Source: Chthoniobacteraceae bacterium (GTDB lineage: Bacteria > Verrucomicrobiota > Verrucomicrobiia > Chthoniobacterales > Chthoniobacteraceae). Taken from it: a DNA stretch of 64,000 nucleotides. The stretch is taken from the NCBI GenBank assembly GCA_037190965.1, contig JBBCKI010000068.1:42739-106738 (forward strand), written 5' to 3'. Shown here in pieces: positions 57,741-64,000 of this stretch. The position numbers and the translations under genes are program-made. How positions within the stretch are numbered: position 1 is the stretch's first letter; each line of letters starts with the position of its first letter. The notes under the pieces were generated by a model. It did no database searches and was not told where the DNA came from. It saw only the letters and a list, made by a program, of their open reading frames with translations.

Positions 57741-58538
57741 TCAACCTTGGTTCGCCCACGACTCGCGCTTCGGCGGCTTGCGGCTGCGCAGAATTCGCAG
57801 CCAATTGTTCCACGTCTTGCGGAAGTTGTCGCGGGCGGTGAGGTAATTGGTGACTAGCGGGTTCTTGCCGGTCAACTGCTTCAAGACACCCGCGACGGTG
57901 AAGTCGCTTGTGGCGACGACGGTGTAGGCGGTGCCGACGGCGGCTTCGTGGTGCGCGTCACTGCCCGCCGTCATCGGAAGGCCGCGCGCCTGGGCATACT
58001 CGAACGCGCGTTCGTTGCAGCGCTTGAAGGTCGTTGCGGCGTTGAAGATTTCCAGCGCGTCGATTTCCAGCGTGTCGAGCGTCTCTTCGTTGATACCTGC
58101 CCGGAAATAGTCGTAGGGGTGCGCGGGAATCGCGAGGCCTCCGCGCGCGTGGATCTCCTTGCAGACCTCGAGGGCGGGGACACCTTTTAGATTCGGGAGC
58201 ATCGCCCCGAGGCAGAGAAGATGGCCTTCCGCCGTACTGACTTCCACACCGGGGATGATCAGGAAACCATCCACCGGCTGGCCGTCAGCACGCATGTACC
58301 CTTTTGCCAGCAGGTACTCGATCCCCTCGCAGGTGTTGTGATCGGTCAGCGCGAGCCCGTTGAGTCCCTTTGCCTTGGCGGCGGCGATCATCTCCTCCGG
58401 GCTGCTGACGCCATCTCCTGAGAAGAACGAGTGTGAATGGAGATCGATCTTTAAACCGCCCTCTTCCGAACCCGAGGCGGGGGAGGCGCTTGGGACACCG
58501 GCGACTTCGGAGTGAAGATGAGACGGATGAGCAGGCAT
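57741..58538 (-). CDS. PHP-domain metal-dependent phosphoesterase
   Basis: DLHSHS..SGDG, TDHN, GVEVST..GH, AHP and GSDAH motifs. Confidence 0.92.
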   Translation of the reverse strand: MPAHPSHLHSEVAGVPSASPASGSEEGGLKIDLHSHSFFSGDGVSSPEEMIAAAKAKGLNGLALTDHNTCEGIEYLLAKGYMRADGQPVDGFLIIPGVEVSTAEGHLLCLGAMLPNLKGVPALEVCKEIHARGGLAIPAHPYDYFRAGINEETLDTLEIDALEIFNAATTFKRCNERAFEYAQARGLPMTAGSDAHHEAAVGTAYTVVATSDFTVAGVLKQLTGKNPLVTNYLTARDNFRKTWNNWLRILRSRKPPKRESWANQG

Positions 58539-58667
58539 GGATCTTGACGATTATGGCTTGGGATTCCCCGGATGGGGAAGCTCCGAAATTACCGCCCCTG
58601 ATTCGAACTGCAACCCCGACACAGCCGTATTGGAAATTCCAAGAGAAAAGTGCTCTATTGGGGCAGC

Positions 58668-59252
58668 ATGAATTTCTCACCGATCGGGTTCAAAGAGTGG
58701 GCCATTGTCTGCGAGGCGCTGGAGCGCGGACGCCAAAGCCTCATCATCCGCAAGGGCGGGATCGCCGAAGGCCGCGATGGTTTTCGCTTCAAGCACGACG
58801 CCTTTTTTCTCTTCCCGACGCTTTTCCACGAGCAGATCGCGCGGACCACGCTCCCTGCCGGCACACCTCTGCCACAACTCGATCCCGAGCGAATCGCCCT
58901 CCGGCTTTTCGGACAGGTGGAATGGACGGAGTTTCTCGGCGATTGGGAGGCCGTCCGGCGACTCGCGCCGTTCCATATCTGGAGCGAGGCAAGCGTGGCG
59001 GAGCGTTTTCATTACAACGAAACCAAGGATCCCGAAAAACCGCCGGGTATTCACGCGGCGGTGTTGCGGGTTTATCGGCTGGCGGAGCCGTGGAGCTTCC
59101 CGAATGAGCCCAGGTACGGCGGGTGCCGTTCGTGGCTGAATCTGCCGGAGTTGCCGGATGGGTTGGCGGCAACGCCGGTGCTGGATGACGCGGCCCATGC
59201 CGCGCGGGTGGCGGAGATTCGGGCGGCGATGATTTCCCCGCAGGGAAGTTAG
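58668..59252 (+). CDS. DUF1802 family protein
   Basis: KEWA..C.AL..G.Q....RKGGI.E, F.LFPT..H and YGGCRSW motifs. Confidence 0.9.
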   Translation: MNFSPIGFKEWAIVCEALERGRQSLIIRKGGIAEGRDGFRFKHDAFFLFPTLFHEQIARTTLPAGTPLPQLDPERIALRLFGQVEWTEFLGDWEAVRRLAPFHIWSEASVAERFHYNETKDPEKPPGIHAAVLRVYRLAEPWSFPNEPRYGGCRSWLNLPELPDGLAATPVLDDAAHAARVAEIRAAMISPQGS

Positions 59253-60562
59253 GCAGCCCGGTTCTTCGCCCGGTTACTCCTGAAGCGGTGAAGAGTGACG
59301 CCGCCAAGCGCCAACCCAAGGAGAGCCCATGTGGAAGGTTCCGGAATGCTGGTGATAATGGTGTAACCCTCCAGGCCGTTATAGAGCCCACCGGTGAAGG
59401 CGCTGCCATCCAGTCCGCTCAGGAACTCGATCACGAAATCACCCTCGGCGCCGGTAATCCATTGACTGGTTTCGTTGTCCCAGAACTGAAATCGCCCATC
59501 GACGATGAAGTTTGTAAAGTCATCGACGTGGTTTCCATGCCAGGCCACGTAACCGTTGTTTAGCCGGAAAGACCCGTCACCGTCGAATGACAAGGTGGTT
59601 GAAAACGAATCTGATCCGAGAACGAAAATCCCTTCGTCAGCCGCGGTGAGAAAGCTACCGCTGGCATCAACGCTCCCTATCTGCATATCTCCGCCGATGG
59701 TGAATGACGAGCCTTCACCAGTGACGAGAACCTCCGAACCCGAGCCAAAAGTACCGCCGATCCGAAAGCTGGAAGCACCGACGGTGCCGGAAGTCGCTTT
59801 CGCCCCGTCGGAAATCGTCAATTTATTGTCATGCGTCTCGTAGCCTCCGATGGAAAAATCCGTCTGGTTGATCCAGGTGGAATTTGTTCCCGTGACCGTC
59901 ACACTGTTATTGTCACCTCCGAAACCAACGAAGAGATTCTGGCTCTTTAAGGATGCGCCATTGCTTACAGTCACCGTGTTGCCGCTTGCCAGCAACTCCC
60001 CGATATTGAAGGAGCCGGCGAATTCCAGACTGGAACCGGTTCCATCCACCAACACGGTGTTGTTGTCGCTCCGGTGGTCGTCATCTTCACCTACCCCCAT
60101 GGTTGCATATCTTCCTTTGAAGGTGCCACCTTCATCAATGATGAGGCTGTTGGAACCTGAACCGCGTCCAAGATAAAGAAAAGGGGCGTTGAAACCGGTC
60201 CACGTCGTCTCCCATTTTGAATCAGCGCCCGTGACCTGCATGGAGTTCGAGCCAAATTCGCCAACCCCGATGGAGACATCGCTGTTGTGATTGGATCCGG
60301 TAGCTCCATTTTCGATAATGAACGCATTATTGGAGTTGTAAGACCCGATCTCGATTGGCGAATTCCCATATGCTCTGCTGTAAGGGCCGGTGAAGCGGTA
60401 GGTGGAATCTCCGTCACTCATCAACTCCTCAACGTCTCCGTTGAGATACTCATCCGCCTGCAGAAGCGAGGGCGAAGCGGCAAGGAGGCCTGCAAGGATC
60501 GTCCATTTGGTAAGCCGGGAAAGGTCTTTGCGGAAAGTGCGGAGCGAACAGAGGGTTGTCAT
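59249..60562 (-). CDS. PEP-CTERM surface protein with T5SS/PEP-CTERM-associated beta repeats
   Basis: Repeated V.G.(G/N)S.W units; C-terminal IPEPSTWALLGL + TM + basic tail. Confidence 0.92.
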   Translation of the reverse strand: MTTLCSLRTFRKDLSRLTKWTILAGLLAASPSLLQADEYLNGDVEELMSDGDSTYRFTGPYSRAYGNSPIEIGSYNSNNAFIIENGATGSNHNSDVSIGVGEFGSNSMQVTGADSKWETTWTGFNAPFLYLGRGSGSNSLIIDEGGTFKGRYATMGVGEDDDHRSDNNTVLVDGTGSSLEFAGSFNIGELLASGNTVTVSNGASLKSQNLFVGFGGDNNSVTVTGTNSTWINQTDFSIGGYETHDNKLTISDGAKATSGTVGASSFRIGGTFGSGSEVLVTGEGSSFTIGGDMQIGSVDASGSFLTAADEGIFVLGSDSFSTTLSFDGDGSFRLNNGYVAWHGNHVDDFTNFIVDGRFQFWDNETSQWITGAEGDFVIEFLSGLDGSAFTGGLYNGLEGYTIITSIPEPSTWALLGLALGGVTLHRFRSNRAKNRAA

Positions 60563-60718
60563 TTGGTGGTAGATGAGGTTTGGGGATTCTCCCCGCGGAA
60601 AAGCAGGAAGTCTCCATCCAGAAGCATGGATTTATCTTAATTTTTGTACGTAAAAAGCCGTGAATTTGTCGAATGGAAACCAGAAAATTCAACATCCATC
60701 CGCCCTCGAATGGTTTGT

Positions 60719-63700
60719 TTAAAACTTTTTCAACAACGCATGCAACTCCCCGAGCCGCGCGCCGGGGTGTGGGACGGTGAGGCGTGGAAATTTTCCGCCG
60801 ATGACAATGTAGTCATTATTGCGTGTTAGCATCACCTTCCAGTCGCGCACTTCCACGCGCGTGATCTTCTTCGACGCGGCGATCAGTTTGATCCGTGACA
60901 GTGTCAGAAGGTTATCCACCGCCTCGGGAAACCGTCCGAAGCGGTCGCGCCAGGCTTCCTGCAACTTGTTTAGCTGTTCGTGCGTAGTGACTTCCGCCAG
61001 CGCGCGGTAGGCCTGGATACGGGTTTGCGATTCCGTAATATAGCGCGTGGGAAGAAACGCGGGAGCATAGCTAGTGGGGTCGCGATGCAGTGAGTCCGCT
61101 TCGCTGGTCGCGACGAAGTCGAGGCTGATCGGCAGTTCCACGCGCGGGCGTACTTTTTCCCCCTTGAGCTTCGCCACGGCTTGTTTGAGGAGTTGGCAAT
61201 AGAGATCGAAGCCGACGGCGACGATGTGGCCGCTCTGCTGCGTGCCGAGAATATTCCCCGCGCCGCGAATCTCCAGGTCGCGCATGGCGATCTTGAAGCC
61301 CGCGCCTAGCGAGGAATATTGTTTGATCGCGTTGATCCGTTTTCGCGCTTCGGTCGCCATCAGGTCGCGCGGGATCATCAGGTAGGCATATGCCTTGTGC
61401 TGCGCCCGGCCCACGCGGCCGCGCAGTTGATAGAGATCGGCGAGCCCGAAGCGGTCGGCGCGATCGATAATGATCGTGTTGGCGTTGGGGATATCCAACC
61501 CGCTTTCGATAATCGTCGTGGAAAGGAGCACGTCGGCCTCGCCCTCCACGAATTGCCGCATCACCTCTTCCAGTTCGTGCTCGTTCATCTGACCATGGCC
61601 CACGAGAATCTTCGCCTTCGGCACCAGCTTCTTGAGCTTGAGGCGCATCTGCTCAATCGTGCCGACCCGGTTATGCAGGAAGTAGACCTGTCCCTGCCGC
61701 GCCATCTCGCGCACGATGGCATCGCGAATGATCCGTTCGTCATAGCCGCAAACCACCGTCTCCGTCGGGATGCGGTTTTGCGGCGGGGTCTCCAGCACTG
61801 ACATATCCTTCGCGCCCATGAGCGAAAGATAAAGGGTGCGCGGGATCGGCGTGGCCGAAAGCGTGAGGACATCGACCTTCTTGAATAGTTCCTTGAACTT
61901 CTCCTTGTGAACGACGCCGAAGCGTTGCTCCTCGTCGATCACCACAAGACCGAGTTCCTTGAATTGCACATCCTTGGAAATCAGGCGGTGCGTGCCGATG
62001 ACAATATCGACCGAACCATCCTTGAGCCCGTCAACGACCTTGCGCTGCTCGGCGGCGGTGCGGAAACGGCTCAGGCTTTCGACGGTCACCGGATAATCCG
62101 ACATTCGCTCCCGGAAATTCTGATAGTGTTGCTGGGCAAGTACCGTCGTCGGCACGAGGAGCGCCACTTGTTTGCCGCCCATCACCGCCTTGAACGCAGC
62201 GCGAATGGCGACCTCCGTTTTGCCGAAGCCGACGTCGCCGCAGATGAGGCGATCCATCGGTTGTTCGCCCTCCATGTCGCGTTTGGTATCCGCAATGGCG
62301 GTGATCTGATCGGGCGTTTCCTTGAACAGAAAGGAGCGTTCGAACTCGCCCTGCCATTTGTTATCGATGGGAAATGCAAAACCGGTGGCGGTCTCGCGTT
62401 CCGCATGCACGGCTAGGAGCCTCGATGCATAGTCAAACACCGCCTTCTGCGCCTGTGACTTGGCGCGCGCCCACTTCGGGTCGCCCAGTTCGCTCAGTGG
62501 CGGGTTGCGCTTGCCCACGCCGACATAGCGGGAGACCAGATAGGACTGCTCCAGCGGTACGTAGAGCTTGGCCTCGTTGGCGAACTCGAGGACGAGCACC
62601 TCTTCCTCGGTGCCGTCGCCTTTTGCAAAGAGCGTGAGCCCCTGGAATCGGGCGATCCCGTGTTCGAGATGCACGACGATATCGTCCTCGGCGAGTTCGG
62701 AGAAATCGATCTGCGCCCGATTCGCCTGTTCCCGCGCGCGGCGCATCGCTAGTCTTCTTGCGCGGGTGTTGCGGTAGCGGCCGAAAAGCTGCGAGTCTGA
62801 AAGCACGGCGAGCTTCCCCGCCGGGAAGGTGAATCCGCTCCCGACGGTGCCTAGTGTCAGTTCCAGCCCGGGATGGTCGAGTTCCGGCCCCGGGAGCAGA
62901 TCGCGAAAGCGTTCGCGCTCGCCCTCGTTGTTGCAGAAGAGCACCACGCGCCAGCCTTGCTCCAGCCACTCAGTCAACTGGCCGAGGAAATGCCTTCGTT
63001 TGCCCGCTTCCACCACGAGATCGCCCGCTTCAAATTCCCCAAGGCCGTGGTCAAAGAACGCGCCGGAGAAATCCTCCTCGCCCTGGTCAGGAGCCATCCC
63101 CTCGGAAGTAATGGCGACTCCTGCCCATTCCACGCCCGCCTGTGCGTCGATGACCAGATCGCCCGCGCGAATAAGGTCTCGCAGGGGGACGAGGGTTTCC
63201 CGCGATTCGCCTTCGCCAAGCAAAATCCCGGTGCGCTCGATCGGTTGCACCGAGGTCTGCACATCGAGGTCGAAATGGCGCAGCGACTCGATTTCATCGC
63301 CGAAGAATTCCACCCGCAACGGCAGCGAGTGTTGCCACGAGAAGAGATCGACGATGCCGCCGCGCACCGCGTATTGCCCGCGCAGCGCCACCTGCGGCGC
63401 GCGTTCGTAACCGGCGGTATCGAGACGGCCAATCAACTCCTCGGGCGAAAGGATCTGGCCGCGTGCCAGATCCAACGTCAGCGAACGGATGCCGTCGGCG
63501 GAGGGAACATTGTCGTTGAGCGACGCGGCGGTGATGACGAGAATACCTTCCGCCGTTTCGTTCCACTGCTGGAGCGCCTGGAGCCGGTCGGCGGCTACTT
63601 CAGGATCGGGGATTGCATTTTCCGCCAATCCCACCTCGGCCTCCGGCAGAAAGATCGCGTCGGGATGCCAGTTCAGGATTTCATTGTGCAGCAGCTCCTG

Positions 63701-63880
63701 ATTGCGAATGCCATCGGTCACCACCCATACGCGGGGGACGCCCGCGTGCGAGGCAATGGTCGCGGCAAGGCAGGGGTGTGCGCCGGGGTGGACGTGATCG
63801 AACACAACGCGCTGTTTGCCGATCGTCCGGAGACGTTTGGCAATGGGCCGGGCCTTGACGATGAGATCGGGCAGGTTCAT
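60719..63880 (-). CDS. mfd: Transcription-repair coupling factor
   Basis: [39 protein letters not shown] and DLEIRGAG motifs. Confidence 0.97.
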   Translation of the reverse strand: MNLPDLIVKARPIAKRLRTIGKQRVVFDHVHPGAHPCLAATIASHAGVPRVWVVTDGIRNQELLHNEILNWHPDAIFLPEAEVGLAENAIPDPEVAADRLQALQQWNETAEGILVITAASLNDNVPSADGIRSLTLDLARGQILSPEELIGRLDTAGYERAPQVALRGQYAVRGGIVDLFSWQHSLPLRVEFFGDEIESLRHFDLDVQTSVQPIERTGILLGEGESRETLVPLRDLIRAGDLVIDAQAGVEWAGVAITSEGMAPDQGEEDFSGAFFDHGLGEFEAGDLVVEAGKRRHFLGQLTEWLEQGWRVVLFCNNEGERERFRDLLPGPELDHPGLELTLGTVGSGFTFPAGKLAVLSDSQLFGRYRNTRARRLAMRRAREQANRAQIDFSELAEDDIVVHLEHGIARFQGLTLFAKGDGTEEEVLVLEFANEAKLYVPLEQSYLVSRYVGVGKRNPPLSELGDPKWARAKSQAQKAVFDYASRLLAVHAERETATGFAFPIDNKWQGEFERSFLFKETPDQITAIADTKRDMEGEQPMDRLICGDVGFGKTEVAIRAAFKAVMGGKQVALLVPTTVLAQQHYQNFRERMSDYPVTVESLSRFRTAAEQRKVVDGLKDGSVDIVIGTHRLISKDVQFKELGLVVIDEEQRFGVVHKEKFKELFKKVDVLTLSATPIPRTLYLSLMGAKDMSVLETPPQNRIPTETVVCGYDERIIRDAIVREMARQGQVYFLHNRVGTIEQMRLKLKKLVPKAKILVGHGQMNEHELEEVMRQFVEGEADVLLSTTIIESGLDIPNANTIIIDRADRFGLADLYQLRGRVGRAQHKAYAYLMIPRDLMATEARKRINAIKQYSSLGAGFKIAMRDLEIRGAGNILGTQQSGHIVAVGFDLYCQLLKQAVAKLKGEKVRPRVELPISLDFVATSEADSLHRDPTSYAPAFLPTRYITESQTRIQAYRALAEVTTHEQLNKLQEAWRDRFGRFPEAVDNLLTLSRIKLIAASKKITRVEVRDWKVMLTRNNDYIVIGGKFPRLTVPHPGARLGELHALLKKF

Positions 63881-63895
63881 GCGGCGCAAGATGAC

Positions 63896-64000
63896 AGAGC
63901 GCGGGCCTGCGGCCGGGGGCGGCGTCGCGGAGCTCCGCCCTCCGGTGACCGTGCGACAAGCGCGCGCAGGACGAAGCCTTTCTGACGGAGGGCGGAGCTC
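63896..64000. repeat. REPIN-like doublet family D, copy 2 (cut by the window end)
   Basis: gggcctgcggccg..cggcgtcgcggagctccgccctccg...caagcgcgcgcaggacga...ctgacggagggcggagctc, homologous to 6341-6480. Confidence 0.8.

Noticed and set aside
58590..58625. GTTCGAATC on the minus strand resembling a tRNA T-loop
   Set aside because: The flanks do not pair as a T-stem, and there is no cloverleaf or CCA.

Overview
GC-rich bacterial chromosome segment. It is most likely Verrucomicrobiota (Chthoniobacter/Spartobacteria-like); this is inferred from the PEP-CTERM protein, the DUF4032-like gene and overall gene content, not from a search. Housekeeping genes dominate: hscA/hscB, infA, pyrR-pyrB...pyrC-eda, mrp, glcDF, pyrF, argS, ptsN, glgA, apt, ruvA, tyrS and mfd. 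Also present are a MarR-controlled RND pump, tandem pilT genes, a yqjDEK-like cluster, a barrel-wzc-wza EPS export trio, a hybrid histidine kinase, a GldAFG+DUF4340 ABC system, a solitary nuoA and several accessory orphan genes. I found no rRNA, tRNA, CRISPR array, transposase, integrase or prophage. The most striking unannotated layer is non-coding: about six families of short non-autonomous elements (REPIN-like doublets and TA-flanked MITEs, 13 copies). One 183-bp element sits in frame inside a membrane-protein gene, and its removal restores a clean W codon. Two MITEs sit exactly in the TA of stop codons inside operons. Other notable items are a PyrR-binding loop overlapping the pyrR Shine-Dalgarno, a tandem pair of paralogous exported proteins with a WDxxCxxG motif, and a sulfotransferase with a duplicated ~141-aa C-terminal module. 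No complete new multi-gene system can be proven from sequence alone. All family assignments come from motif recognition, not database searches.
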